Below, piece by piece: positions 1 through 9,639 of a stretch of 64,000 nucleotides of DNA. The DNA is from an uncultured Chloroflexia bacterium (lineage in GTDB: Bacteria > Chloroflexota > Limnocylindria > Limnocylindrales > CSP1-4). The stretch spans positions 32,001 through 96,000 of the forward strand of contig CAVQJC010000011.1 of the NCBI GenBank assembly GCA_963712745.1. Reading direction: 5' to 3'. The first letter of the stretch is position 1. Every line of letters starts with the position of its first letter. Made by a program: the position numbers and the translations under genes. The notes under the pieces are model-generated. The model saw only the letters and a list, made by a program, of their open reading frames with translations. It ran no database searches and was not told the origin of the DNA.

Positions 1-7
1 AGGACTG

Positions 8-1060
8 TTGGTCGCATCTTCGTTCGGCAGCGCCACGGCGCAGGACGACCTGACCGAAGTGAGCATGGTGCTCCAGTGGGTGCCCCAGGCACAGTTCGCG
101 GGTTACTACGCAGCCGACGCACTTGGCTTCTGGGAGGAGCAGGGCCTCAAGGTCAACTTCATCGACGGCGGCCCGGAGGTCTTCCCGCAGGTGGAGGGCT
201 CGCTGCCGGACGGTCCCGAGTTCGCCACGACATGGGTCCCGCGGGTGCTCGCCGTACGTGACGCGGGTCAGTCAGACCTGGTCAACATCGGCCAGGTCTT
301 CCAGCGCTCGGCCACACTCTCGGCCTCGTGGGCCGACAACCCGGTAGCCTCGCCGGAGGAGTTCGCCGGCAAGACGGTCGGCGTATGGGGCGGTGGCAAC
401 GAGCTGGAGGTCTTCGCCGCCGCTCTGGCGGCCGGACTGGAGCCCGACGTGGACTTCAGCACGGCCATCCAGAGCTTCAACATGGATCAGCTGCTCAACC
501 GCGAGATCGACGTCGCCGAGGCGATGACCTACAACGAGTACGCGCAGTTGCTCGAAACCCCCAACCCCGCCACGGGTGAGCTGTACCAGCCCGAGGACTT
601 CGTGATCATCGACTACAACGAGGTCGGTACCGCGATGCTCCAGGACGCGATCCACGCGCGCGCCAGCTGGCTTGCCGAGGAAGGCAATGAGGACATCGCC
701 GTCCGCTTCCTCGCGGGCGCCTTCAAGGGCTGGGCGTTCTGCCGAGACAACCCCGACGACTGCGTCCAGATCACCTTCGACGCGGGCTCCGAGCTGGGCC
801 TAGGCCACCAGCGCTGGCAGATGAACGAGATCAACCCGCTCATCTGGCCGTCGCCGGACGGGATCGGCGCCATGCCGCAGGACGAGTTCGACAAGACCGT
901 GCAGATCGCGGTTGACTCCGGCTTCCTCGCTGCGGCCCCAGGCGAGGACTACGTGCGCACGGACCTGGCGGAGCAGGCGCGCGCGCTCCTGACCGACACC
1001 GACCTCACGGGTGAGGGGTTCGAGAAGGGTACTGTCGAAGTAACAGAGAACGGCGAGTAG
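8..1060 (+). CDS. ABC transporter substrate-binding protein, NMT1/THI5 family (true start probably upstream of the window)
   Basis: LQWVPQAQFAGYYAA motif and NMT1-like fold; the sequence opens with the end of a signal peptide (ATAQD). Confidence 0.85.
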   Translation: MVASSFGSATAQDDLTEVSMVLQWVPQAQFAGYYAADALGFWEEQGLKVNFIDGGPEVFPQVEGSLPDGPEFATTWVPRVLAVRDAGQSDLVNIGQVFQRSATLSASWADNPVASPEEFAGKTVGVWGGGNELEVFAAALAAGLEPDVDFSTAIQSFNMDQLLNREIDVAEAMTYNEYAQLLETPNPATGELYQPEDFVIIDYNEVGTAMLQDAIHARASWLAEEGNEDIAVRFLAGAFKGWAFCRDNPDDCVQITFDAGSELGLGHQRWQMNEINPLIWPSPDGIGAMPQDEFDKTVQIAVDSGFLAAAPGEDYVRTDLAEQARALLTDTDLTGEGFEKGTVEVTENGE

Positions 1061-1101
1061 TCGCTCTTTCGCGGCCGCAAGGCCGCATGCCACTGAACGC
1101 C

Positions 1102-1129
1102 AAGGGCCGGTCCTTCGGGGCCGGCCCTT
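1102..1129. terminator. Hairpin between convergent genes, likely a bidirectional intrinsic terminator
   Basis: AAGGGCCGGTCC-TTCG-GGGCCGGCCCTT inverted repeat with a UUCG loop. Confidence 0.7.
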
Positions 1130-1202
1130 CGTCATGGCTGGGGTCGCCGGCGTCGTCGGCTCCCTGGAGACCCCAGCCCCCGGACCGGCGCCCGTGATAC
1201 GG

Positions 1203-2249
1203 CTACGCGCGGCCGCGGACGAGGTCGCGGCCGGCGACCATGGCGGTCAGCTTGGGCTTCACGGCCCAGCGCGCGGTCTGGCTGAAGCCACAGTCGGGCA
1301 CGATCGAGAGCTGCGCCTCGGGTACGCCGGCCTCGAGCAGCCGGTCGATGCGCCAGGCCACGTCGTCGGCCGTCTCGAGGTAGTAGTTCTTGACGTCGAT
1401 GACGCCGGCGGACAGGTGCCGACCGGCAGCCGTGATGTCGGCCGCCACGTCCAGCTCTGCCATCTCGCGGTTGGCGAACTCGAGCACGAACTCGCTGACC
1501 TCGAAGGCGAGGGCCTGTCTGAGCACGGGCCGGTAGAGGCGCCGCGACAGCGGCCGGCCGAAGAAGTTGCCGAAGCAGAGGTGTGCCGCCAGCGCTACCC
1601 GGCCCTGCACCCGGGCGGCGGCGTCGTTGAAGAGCGCGGCGAACTCGTCAGAGGCCTCGGGATGGATGGCCGGGGAGGGCTCGTCGATCTGGATGTAGGT
1701 GGCACCAGCCTCGACCAGCCGCTCGAACTCGGTCGCCAGGATGGGCACGAAGGCGCGCGCAGCCGCGATGCGGTCGGAGTAGACCTCGTCGGCCCCGTAG
1801 GTCAGCCGGCCCGAGAGCGTGAATGGGCCGGGCACCGTCACCTTGATGGGCCGGTCGGTACGTGTGCGTGCGTACTCGAACTCCTCGACCACGCCCAGCC
1901 CGTCTGGCGCGGCGATGGCCTCGACCACCTTGAACCGGTGCTGCTGGTCGTGGCCGGCAGGCCCGAGCCGCCGCTGCGGATCGAGTGGCTCGACGCCCGT
2001 TAGGTGACGGTAGAACTCGGCCGTGAAGAAGCCCACCCGCCGCATCTCGCCTTCGGCCACGACATCGATCCCGGCATCCTCCTGGTCCCGCAGTGCCGTA
2101 TCGACCGCGTCGTCCTGGAATTCCCTGATGTCCCTGGGGCCGAGCTCGCCTCGCTCAGCAGCGGCGACCGCCAGCTCCAGCCAGCCTGGATGGGCGTGTG
2201 ATCCGCAGACCGAGGTGGCCAGGGCGGTGGGCTGATAGGGCTCGGCCAT
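1203..2249 (-). CDS. Cobalamin-independent methionine synthase II-like protein (MetE C-terminal domain family)
   Basis: Zn-ligand motifs HLCFGN and PDCG; IQIDEP; GIDVVAEGEMRR; GGAGG RBS. Confidence 0.85.
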   Translation of the reverse strand: MAEPYQPTALATSVCGSHAHPGWLELAVAAAERGELGPRDIREFQDDAVDTALRDQEDAGIDVVAEGEMRRVGFFTAEFYRHLTGVEPLDPQRRLGPAGHDQQHRFKVVEAIAAPDGLGVVEEFEYARTRTDRPIKVTVPGPFTLSGRLTYGADEVYSDRIAAARAFVPILATEFERLVEAGATYIQIDEPSPAIHPEASDEFAALFNDAAARVQGRVALAAHLCFGNFFGRPLSRRLYRPVLRQALAFEVSEFVLEFANREMAELDVAADITAAGRHLSAGVIDVKNYYLETADDVAWRIDRLLEAGVPEAQLSIVPDCGFSQTARWAVKPKLTAMVAGRDLVRGRA

Positions 2250-2308
2250 GGGGTCCTCCTGGAGGTGGGGCGGTCGGTCGCACTGGTCGGCCCGTGCGCC
2301 GTGGGTGG

Positions 2309-3112
2309 CTACTCGCCGATCGGCAGCACCGACCAGCCGCCGTCGATGGTGATCGTCTGGCCCGTGACGGCGCGTGACTCCGATGAGAGAAGGTACACCG
2401 CCGCGTCGGCCACGTCCTCGGCCGGGATGAAGCCGCCGGACAGCGGCTGCTTTCGTCGCGAGAAATCCTGGGTGGCCTGGTCGGCAGCGGCGCGCTGGGA
2501 CATACGCGAAGTGGTCAGCGCCGGCGCGACCATGTTGACGCGGATGCCGCGAGGCGCGTAGTACGCGGCCGCGGTCGTGGTCAGCGCAGCCACGGCACCC
2601 TTGGCGCTGGCATAGGCGTGAGTGGCGAACAGCTCGGGCGCCGGCTGCGTGGCCAGCACCGAGCCCATGTTGACGATCGCTCCCCGCTGGCCATCGCCGT
2701 CCGGCACCTGCTCCAGCATCGCTCGCAGCACCGGCGCGCTCACGGTCACGTGGGTCGTGGCGTTGAGCCGCATGGTCGACTCGTACGCTTCCGGGCTCAG
2801 TTCATGCAGCGGCCCGTCGCCCATCCGCCGGCCGGAGCCGCCGGCCACGTTGAACAGGCCGTCCACGCGCTCGAGCAGGCCGATGGCACCGATGACTGCC
2901 TCCTGGGCCGCCGGCACGTCCACGAGGTCGGCGGTGATGGCGTGGGCCTGCCCTCCGGACGCCTCGATCTCCTGGGCCAGGGCCTCGCAGGAGGCGGCGG
3001 TTCGAGAGATGATGACCACCCGCGCGCCTTCCGCGGAGAAGCGGCGTGCCGATGCGGCCGCGATGCCGGTAGCGCCGGTGACGATGATGCCCCGGCCGGT
3101 GAGTCGATCCAT
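2309..3112 (-). CDS. Short-chain dehydrogenase/reductase
   Basis: TGATGIA Rossmann motif, YASAK catalytic motif, TGQTITIDGG. Confidence 0.9.
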   Translation of the reverse strand: MDRLTGRGIIVTGATGIAAASARRFSAEGARVVIISRTAASCEALAQEIEASGGQAHAITADLVDVPAAQEAVIGAIGLLERVDGLFNVAGGSGRRMGDGPLHELSPEAYESTMRLNATTHVTVSAPVLRAMLEQVPDGDGQRGAIVNMGSVLATQPAPELFATHAYASAKGAVAALTTTAAAYYAPRGIRVNMVAPALTTSRMSQRAAADQATQDFSRRKQPLSGGFIPAEDVADAAVYLLSSESRAVTGQTITIDGGWSVLPIGE

Positions 3113-3128
3113 GGGTCCGTTACCTCTG

Positions 3129-4055
3129 CTAGCGGTCGGTCATGCTGACCCTGATGTCGTCCTCGAGCGCGCTGGCCATCATGGGATCGATCGAGGCGGC
3201 GCTGATGGTGAGGGCGTTGGCCGAGCCGGCCGCCACACCCTTGCGCAGCGCGTCGCCTACGTCATCGTCGTGCATGAGGGCCAGCGACATGGCGGCATTG
3301 AAGGAATCCCCCGAGCCGACCGGGTTGATGGCGTTGACCCGGGGCACGTTCAGCCGCCAGATGGTGGTGGCATCGACGGCCACGACGTCGGCTGCCCCAT
3401 CGGTCACCACCGCCAGCCGTGCGCCGCGATCGGCGACGGCCACGGCAGCCTCCTCGCTGGTCGCTGCCCCCTCGACGATCCCGGCCTCGATCGCCTCCAC
3501 GCGCCCGATCTTGACGATGTCCGGCGCCGCCTCGAGAGCAGCTACGAGACCGTGCCCGGAGGCATCCACGAGCAGTGGCACATCCGCCCGGCGGCAGACC
3601 TCCACGATGGCGCCGTGACCGCTGACCTCCAGGCCTGACGGGATACTGCCGGCCACGACGGCCCGCGTGCAGGCGGGCAGGAGGCGCTCCTCGAGCAGGC
3701 GCAGGAAGGCACCGAACTCATCGTCGGTGGCGGGCGCCGGTCGTTCGTAGACCAGCACCGCCGCGCCCTCACCGTCGACCGTCACGTAGGTCGTCCGCGA
3801 CTCGGCCTTGGCGAACGACCAGTGTGGCTCGAGTCCTTCGGCCGAGAGTGCCTCTACCAGCCAACGACCGCTGTGGCCGCCGGCGACGCCGGTGGTGATG
3901 ACACGCCCGCCGAGCGCCACCGCGGCACGGGCGGCGTTTACCCCCTTGCCCCCGGGCAGCACGTGCAACTCCCGGGGCCGCAGCACCTTGCCCAGGACGA
4001 TGCGCTCAACGCGCGCGGTTCGGTCGACGGCCGGCGCCGGGGTGATGCACAGCAG
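3129..4055 (-). CDS. 1-phosphofructokinase-family (PfkB) sugar kinase; start uncertain, possibly CTG
   Basis: GGKGVNAA and NPVGSGDSF PfkB signatures; the in-frame N-terminal strand LLCITPAPAVD lies upstream of the first GTG (3986). Confidence 0.85.
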   Translation of the reverse strand: MLCITPAPAVDRTARVERIVLGKVLRPRELHVLPGGKGVNAARAAVALGGRVITTGVAGGHSGRWLVEALSAEGLEPHWSFAKAESRTTYVTVDGEGAAVLVYERPAPATDDEFGAFLRLLEERLLPACTRAVVAGSIPSGLEVSGHGAIVEVCRRADVPLLVDASGHGLVAALEAAPDIVKIGRVEAIEAGIVEGAATSEEAAVAVADRGARLAVVTDGAADVVAVDATTIWRLNVPRVNAINPVGSGDSFNAAMSLALMHDDDVGDALRKGVAAGSANALTISAASIDPMMASALEDDIRVSMTDR

Positions 4056-4129
4056 CGCCGGCCGCGGATCGGGCCTCGTGTCGGCCGGCCCGACGTGCTC
4101 CAGCGGTCCTGACCGTGGTCGCTCCGTGG

Positions 4130-4768
4130 CTACAGCCCGGTCCCGAACTGGCGATCGCCGGCATCGCCTAGCCCGGGCTGGATGTAGCCCTTCTCGTTGA
4201 GCTGCCGGTCGAGCGCGGCACAGTACATGGGCACGTCCGGATGAGCCTCTGCCACTGCGGCCACGCCCTCAGGCGCGGCGATGAGGTTGACCAGCTTGAT
4301 GCGCTTGGCGCCCCAGTCCTTGAGCACCTCGATGGCGGCCGTGGCCGAACCGCCGGTGGCCAGCATGGGATCAAGGATGAGGCAGGTATCGACGGTGGTC
4401 TGGTCGGGCAGCTTGTTGTAGTACTCGACCGGCCGCAGCGTGCGCTCGTCGCGGAAGAGGCCCAGGTGCCAGACCTGCGACTCAGGGAAGAGCTCGAGGA
4501 AGGCGTCGACCATGCCCAGGCCGGCGCGGAGGATGGGAACGAGACCGAGACGTTCGGCCAGTTGGTGGCCCATCGTCAGCTCCAGCGGCGTCCGCACCTC
4601 GATCTCGTTGAGGGGTGTGTCGGCGAGGGCTTCGTAGCCCACCAGCCAGCTGATCTCGCGGACCAGCTCGCGGAACTTCTTGGGGTCGGTTCGCTCGTCG
4701 CGCAGCAGCGCCAGCTTGTGGAGCACTGCAGGATGCTTCGAGATGGACAGGTTGGGCTGGTCGGGCAC
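4130..4768 (-). CDS. upp: Uracil phosphoribosyltransferase
   Basis: VPILRAG, DPMLATGGS and YIQPGLGDAGDR motifs; GGAGG RBS. Confidence 0.97.
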   Translation of the reverse strand: MPDQPNLSISKHPAVLHKLALLRDERTDPKKFRELVREISWLVGYEALADTPLNEIEVRTPLELTMGHQLAERLGLVPILRAGLGMVDAFLELFPESQVWHLGLFRDERTLRPVEYYNKLPDQTTVDTCLILDPMLATGGSATAAIEVLKDWGAKRIKLVNLIAAPEGVAAVAEAHPDVPMYCAALDRQLNEKGYIQPGLGDAGDRQFGTGL

Positions 4769-4892
4769 GGCCGCCTCCAGGTGCGATCAGGATGGCGAGT
4801 CCCGATTCTAGGGCTATGTGTCGGTCAGGGTCACGCCGTTGCCCACGAGTCCGGCCCGCACCCCGCGTGCCCACCCGCGATACCATCGGCAC

Positions 4893-6080
4893 GTGCCCGA
4901 GCAAGCTTCCATCCCCGCCTTCCCCAGCGACGAGGCCGAGCTGGCCGCCGCGGCCGAGCTGGCCGCTGCGGCCGTGGCTGCGCGGCCACGCAAGCGCGCA
5001 GCGCGGACACGCAAGGGCGCGGCACCGCCGGTGCTGGTGGAGGTGCACCGTGGCGGGACCGTGGAGAGCCGCCACCGGGGCCACATCGTGCAGGTCGGCG
5101 CCACCGGCAAGACCCTGCGTGCGGTTGGGGCACCGTCCACAGAGGTCATGCTGCGCTCGACCGTGAAGCCGTTCGCGGTCGTCGCGCTCATCGAGTCGGG
5201 CGCCGCGGACGACTTCGCCCTGACGCCATCGGAGCTGGCCATCATGTGTGCCTCCCACACCGGCGAGGACAAGCACGTCCGTACCCTGCAGGCCATCTTC
5301 CGCCGGGCGAGCGTGACCCAGTCGCTGCTGCGCTGCGGGACGGAGGGCGCGCCGGCCGATCCTCTCACCGCGGCTCGCCTCGCTCGTGACGGTGAGACGC
5401 CGGGTCCCCTCCGTCACGGTTGCTCCGGCTTCCACGCCGCCTCCATCCTGATGAGTGCCCACGCCGGCTGGTCGGTGGAGGACTACTCAGAACCCAAGCA
5501 CCCCAGCCAGGTGGCCGTGTTCGAGTCTGTCGCCCGCCTCTTCGGGCGCAAGCCCGAGACGCTCAAGACCGCCGTCGACAACTGCGGCTTGCTGACCTAC
5601 GAGGTCACGCTGCTCGAGCTGGCCCGCGCCTACCTCATGTTGGCCGACCCTGAAGGCCCGTCCGTCGATGGCGCGCGCGCCGAGTCCGCACCGGCGCTCA
5701 AGCGCGTTCGCGACGCGATGATGGGCGCGCCCGAGATGGTCGGCGGCACGTACCAGAACCTCGACACCGAGCTCATGCGGCGCCGGCCCGGGAAGCTGGT
5801 GGTCAAGGCAGGCGCCGACGGCATGCGCGCCATGGGCATCCTCGCCGACGACGGGGTGGGTGCCAGCGGCATGGCCATCAAGATCGAGGACGGCGACATG
5901 TCCCGCCGGGCCGTCACGGCCACGAGCGTCGAGGCGCTGGCCCAGGTCGGCCTCCTCGATGAGCGCGACCTGCGCACCATGACCGAATACCACCATCCCA
6001 CGGTCACGGCACCGGGCGGCGAAGAGGCCTCCACCGCGGTGCCGCGATTCGGGCTGACCGACGGGGGCCGGGCGGGCTGA
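4893..6080 (+). CDS. L-asparaginase II (Rhizobium AnsA-type) family protein
   Basis: VESRHRG, RSTVKP, CASHTGE, HGCSGFH and VDNCG motifs; start placed at GTG 6 nt after TACCAT. Confidence 0.85.
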   Translation: MPEQASIPAFPSDEAELAAAAELAAAAVAARPRKRAARTRKGAAPPVLVEVHRGGTVESRHRGHIVQVGATGKTLRAVGAPSTEVMLRSTVKPFAVVALIESGAADDFALTPSELAIMCASHTGEDKHVRTLQAIFRRASVTQSLLRCGTEGAPADPLTAARLARDGETPGPLRHGCSGFHAASILMSAHAGWSVEDYSEPKHPSQVAVFESVARLFGRKPETLKTAVDNCGLLTYEVTLLELARAYLMLADPEGPSVDGARAESAPALKRVRDAMMGAPEMVGGTYQNLDTELMRRRPGKLVVKAGADGMRAMGILADDGVGASGMAIKIEDGDMSRRAVTATSVEALAQVGLLDERDLRTMTEYHHPTVTAPGGEEASTAVPRFGLTDGGRAG

Positions 6081-6104
6081 CCCCGCCTCCCCCCGCCAAC
6101 CCGC

Positions 6105-6749
6105 ATGGCCAGCGTGAAGCCGACCGCCGACCCCTACCGTGTCCTGGGCGTCACACGTGGCGCCGGCCCCGAGCAGATCAAGGCGGCCCACCGCCGGCTG
6201 GCGAAGGCCTACCACCCCGATGGCTCGACGGGTGACGCTCGCCGCTTCCTGGCGGTGCAGGAGGCCTACCAGCTGCTTTCCGACGTACGCCGCCGCCGCG
6301 AGTGGGACCAGTCCCACGCGCCGGGCCCTGTCCGTGCGGCGACCGTGCGCCGGCGTCAGACCGGCGCCGGCGACGAACCGGGGCGACCACGTCGCACGAC
6401 ACGCGTGCGCCGGCCGCGGCCGGCACCTGGCGGGCGGACCCACACCTGGACGGCCGAACGAGTGCCCTGGTGGGAGGACTTCCGGCCCCGCGACGAGCGT
6501 CCTGCCGAGCCGCCGCCGGGCCCTGTCGCGGATGAGCCCCGAGCAGCTGAGGATGCGCCCAGCGAGTTCGATGTCTTCAACCGCTCCAGCGGTGCTGCCT
6601 GGTCGTCAGCCGCGAGGCGACACTTCCGCCGCGGCACCGACGAGCTGCCTTCGCGTGGAGTCTGGCGCTACCGTGGCACGCAGGTGGTGACCGGCGCCGA
6701 AGCGCGCAAGGTGGCCGCCGAAGAGGAAGAGGAGAGCTCCCGACGATGA
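6105..6749 (+). CDS. J-domain (DnaJ N-terminal) protein with a low-complexity C-terminus
   Basis: DPYRVLGV...YHPD...EAYQLLSD; stop overlaps the gltX start (ATGA). Confidence 0.85.
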   Translation: MASVKPTADPYRVLGVTRGAGPEQIKAAHRRLAKAYHPDGSTGDARRFLAVQEAYQLLSDVRRRREWDQSHAPGPVRAATVRRRQTGAGDEPGRPRRTTRVRRPRPAPGGRTHTWTAERVPWWEDFRPRDERPAEPPPGPVADEPRAAEDAPSEFDVFNRSSGAAWSSAARRHFRRGTDELPSRGVWRYRGTQVVTGAEARKVAAEEEEESSRR

Positions 6750-8248
6750 CGACGCGCTGCCGCATCGCGCCCAGCCCCACCGGACCGCTGCACATCGGCA
6801 CGGCCCGCACGGCGCTGTTCAACTACCTGTTCGCGCGGCAGACCGGCGGAACCTTCGTGCTCCGCCTCGAAGACACCGACAAGGTCCGCTCCACGAGCGA
6901 GTTCGAACGGGACATCCTCGAGGGTCTTCACTGGCTGGGCCTGGACTGGGACGAGGGCCCAGGGCTGGCCGGTGACCCTGCCCGGGGCGATCTCGGTCCC
7001 TACCGCCAGTCCGAGCGAGGCGAGTTCTACCGCGAAGCCATCGACAGGCTCCTGGCCGAAGACAAGGCTTACCCCTGCTTCTGTACCGCCGAGGAGCGAG
7101 CCGCCGACAAGGAGGCTGATCCCGGGCTCACCGGCTACGTCGGCCGCTGCGCGCATCTGAGCGAGGCCGAGCGTGAGGCGAAGCGGGCAGAGGGCCCCGA
7201 AGCGGTCATCCGCTTCCGCATCGGGCAGGGCAGCGTCGAGTTCGACGACCTCGTCCGCGGCCACGTCAGCATCGACACCGCTCAGCTTGGGGGAGACCTC
7301 GTCATCGCCCGCTCGGACGGCTCGCCGCTGTACCACTTCGTGGTCGTGGTCGATGACATCGCCATGGGCATCAGCCACGTCATCCGGGGCGAGGACCACC
7401 TCTCCAACACACCCAAGCACGTCCTGCTGTTCCGCGCCTTGGGGGTCGAGCCACCGGTCTTCGCCCATCTGCCGCTCATCCTCAATCCCGACCGCTCCAA
7501 GATGAGCAAGCGCAAGAGCCAGACTGCGGTCGACACCTATCGTGAGCAAGGCTACATAGCTGAGGCCATCGTCAATCACCTGGCCCTTCTTGGCTGGAGC
7601 AGCGGCGACGACGAGGACCTCTTCAGCCTGGCTGAGCTGGAGGCGCGCTTCGACCTCTCGCGCGTGCAGCCCTCCGGCGCCATCTTCGACATCGAGCGCC
7701 TGGACTGGCTCGACGGCCAGTGGATCCGCCGCCTGCCGCAGGATGAGCTCACCGCGCGAGCGCTGCCGTTCCTGCGCGCGTCGGTCGACGCCGCGGCAGC
7801 CGCCGGCCACCGCGTCCGCATCCCGAGCGCCGAGGCACTGGCCCCGCTGCTGCCGATGGTTGTCGAGCGCTTGCCGCGCCTGGACGCCATCGGCCCCATG
7901 CTCGATTTCGTCTTCATCGAGGACATCGCGGTCGATCCTGCCGACCTGCTGCCCAAGCGCTGGGACGCCGCCACCACCGCGATCGGTCTGACCCAGGCGC
8001 TGCGCGTGGTCGAGGAGCTGGGTCCGGCCGGCTTCGAGGCCGGAGCGCTGGAGCCGCCATTGCGCGCGTTGTGCGAACAGCAGGGCTGGAAGGTCGGCGA
8101 CCTCTTCATGGCCATCCGCGTGGCCATCACCGGCCGTCGTGCCACGCCGCCGCTGTTCGACGTCATGCTCGCCATCGGCTACGACACCACCGTCAGCCGC
8201 CTCCAAGCCGCCCGGGAGCTGGCGGCCGCCATCCCTGCCGAGGAGTGA
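6746..8248 (+). CDS. gltX: Glutamate--tRNA ligase
   Basis: RIAPSPTGPLHIG, RLEDTD, HVIRGEDH, KMSKR; anticodon-binding C-terminal domain present. Confidence 0.96.
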   Translation: MTTRCRIAPSPTGPLHIGTARTALFNYLFARQTGGTFVLRLEDTDKVRSTSEFERDILEGLHWLGLDWDEGPGLAGDPARGDLGPYRQSERGEFYREAIDRLLAEDKAYPCFCTAEERAADKEADPGLTGYVGRCAHLSEAEREAKRAEGPEAVIRFRIGQGSVEFDDLVRGHVSIDTAQLGGDLVIARSDGSPLYHFVVVVDDIAMGISHVIRGEDHLSNTPKHVLLFRALGVEPPVFAHLPLILNPDRSKMSKRKSQTAVDTYREQGYIAEAIVNHLALLGWSSGDDEDLFSLAELEARFDLSRVQPSGAIFDIERLDWLDGQWIRRLPQDELTARALPFLRASVDAAAAAGHRVRIPSAEALAPLLPMVVERLPRLDAIGPMLDFVFIEDIAVDPADLLPKRWDAATTAIGLTQALRVVEELGPAGFEAGALEPPLRALCEQQGWKVGDLFMAIRVAITGRRATPPLFDVMLAIGYDTTVSRLQAARELAAAIPAEE

Positions 8249-8251
8249 AGG

Positions 8252-8644
8252 ATGCATCTCTCACGTGACCAGTTCGCGGCCTGGCTGGGCCGCTATGTCG
8301 CCGCCTGGCGCGGCCGCGATCCCGAGGCCGTGGGCGACCTGTTCGGGGCCGACTGTTCCTACAGCTACAACGGTGGGCACACCTCGGTGGTGGGGCGCGA
8401 GGCCATCGTCAAGGCCTGGCTGGACGAGGTGGAGGAGGGTTCGTGGGATGCGGCCTACGAACCGCTGGCCATCGAAGGCGACGTCCACGTCTCGGTCGGC
8501 TGGACGCGATACGCCGACGGCGAGGGCGCGCTTCGCGACGAGTACAGCAACATCTTCGTCTGCCGTTTCGACGAGGATGGTCGCTGTACCCAGTTCAGCG
8601 AGTGGTGGATGAAGGCGCCGAGCCCGGTCAGTCGGCTCGATTGA
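8252..8644 (+). CDS. SnoaL/NTF2-like protein
   Basis: WLGRYVAAW...LF..D...GREAI...FDEDGRC..F.EWW pattern. Confidence 0.8.
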   Translation: MHLSRDQFAAWLGRYVAAWRGRDPEAVGDLFGADCSYSYNGGHTSVVGREAIVKAWLDEVEEGSWDAAYEPLAIEGDVHVSVGWTRYADGEGALRDEYSNIFVCRFDEDGRCTQFSEWWMKAPSPVSRLD

Positions 8645-8646
8645 CG

Positions 8647-9360
8647 ATGGCCCGCACGATCCTCGTCGTCGATGACGAGACCACGTTGCGGGAGTCACTG
8701 GCGGAGGCGCTCCAGCAGGATGGCCTGCGTGTGGTCACGGCCCAGGACGGCGGCGAGGCCCTGGAGGTCTTCCGCGCGGAGTCGCCCGACCTCATCCTGC
8801 TCGACCTGATGCTGCCGACGCTTACGGGCACCGAGGTCTGCCGCATCGTCCGCCGCGAGTCGGCGGTGCCCATCATCATGCTCACGGCCAAGGACGGTGA
8901 GATCGACAAGGTCGTGGGCCTTGAGCTGGGCGCGGACGACTACGTGACCAAGCCCTTCAGCCTGCGCGAGCTGATGGCCCGCATCCGCGCGCAGCTGCGC
9001 CGCCTCGATGCAGCCGCGCCCGCCGTCGAGGATGCCGCCACCGGCGGTCCCGCGCCGGTGCAGATGGGCGCCATCACCATCGACCTGGCCGGGCACCGCC
9101 TGCTTCGCGATGGGACGGAGCTGGCGGTGAAGCCCAAGGCCTTCGAGCTGTTGTCCTTCCTGGCCCGTCACCCGGGCCAGGTCTTCAGCCGCGACCAGCT
9201 ACTGGAGAGGGTCTGGGGCTACGACTACGCGGGCGAGACGCGCACCGTAGACGTGCACGTGCACTGGCTGCGCTCGGCCATCGAAGCCGATCCGGGCCAC
9301 CCCGCGTTCCTGCAAACGGTCCGTGGGGTGGGCTACGTGCTGCGCCTGCCCCAGGTTTGA
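8647..9360 (+). CDS. OmpR/PhoB-family response regulator (RegX3/PhoB-like)
   Basis: ILVVDDE, LLDLMLP, GADDYVTKPF, RTVDVHV, TVRGVGY; lies near the pst and pit genes. Confidence 0.93.
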   Translation: MARTILVVDDETTLRESLAEALQQDGLRVVTAQDGGEALEVFRAESPDLILLDLMLPTLTGTEVCRIVRRESAVPIIMLTAKDGEIDKVVGLELGADDYVTKPFSLRELMARIRAQLRRLDAAAPAVEDAATGGPAPVQMGAITIDLAGHRLLRDGTELAVKPKAFELLSFLARHPGQVFSRDQLLERVWGYDYAGETRTVDVHVHWLRSAIEADPGHPAFLQTVRGVGYVLRLPQV

Positions 9361-9373
9361 CCCGGAGCGTGGC

Positions 9374-9397
9374 GCATCTGTATGCTCACATGTATGC
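9374..9397 (+). promoter_or_regulatory. vapBC promoter/operator
   Basis: GCAT-CTGT-ATGC palindrome overlapping a TATGCT -10; TGTATGC repeated; 7 nt to the ATG. Confidence 0.5.
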
Positions 9398-9636
9398 GCA
9401 CCACGCTGGTCCTCGACGACGACCTTCTGCGCCAAGCCAAGATCCGCGCGGCTCAGCAGAACGTGACGGTCAGCGAGATCGTCAATCGCGCGCTGCGGGA
9501 GAAGCTCGACCAGGAGGAACCGGAAGCGCCCCCGTTCATGATGGTGACGTACGGACGTGGCCGGCCGCCCGTCGACCACGAGCCGGCCGACTTTGCGGCG
9601 CGCCTGGAAGAGGAGGACCGGGGTCAAGTCGACTGA
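9394..9636 (+). CDS. vapB: VapB-type antitoxin (RHH/CopG-like)
   Basis: MRTTLVLDDDLLRQAK N-terminus; directly upstream of a PIN toxin. Confidence 0.85.
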   Translation: MRTTLVLDDDLLRQAKIRAAQQNVTVSEIVNRALREKLDQEEPEAPPFMMVTYGRGRPPVDHEPADFAARLEEEDRGQVD

Positions 9637-9639
9637 ACG

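Noticed and set aside
4935-4972. 18-bp tandem repeat (AELAAA x2) in the asparaginase N-terminus
   Set aside because: Short in-frame low-complexity duplication with no evident function
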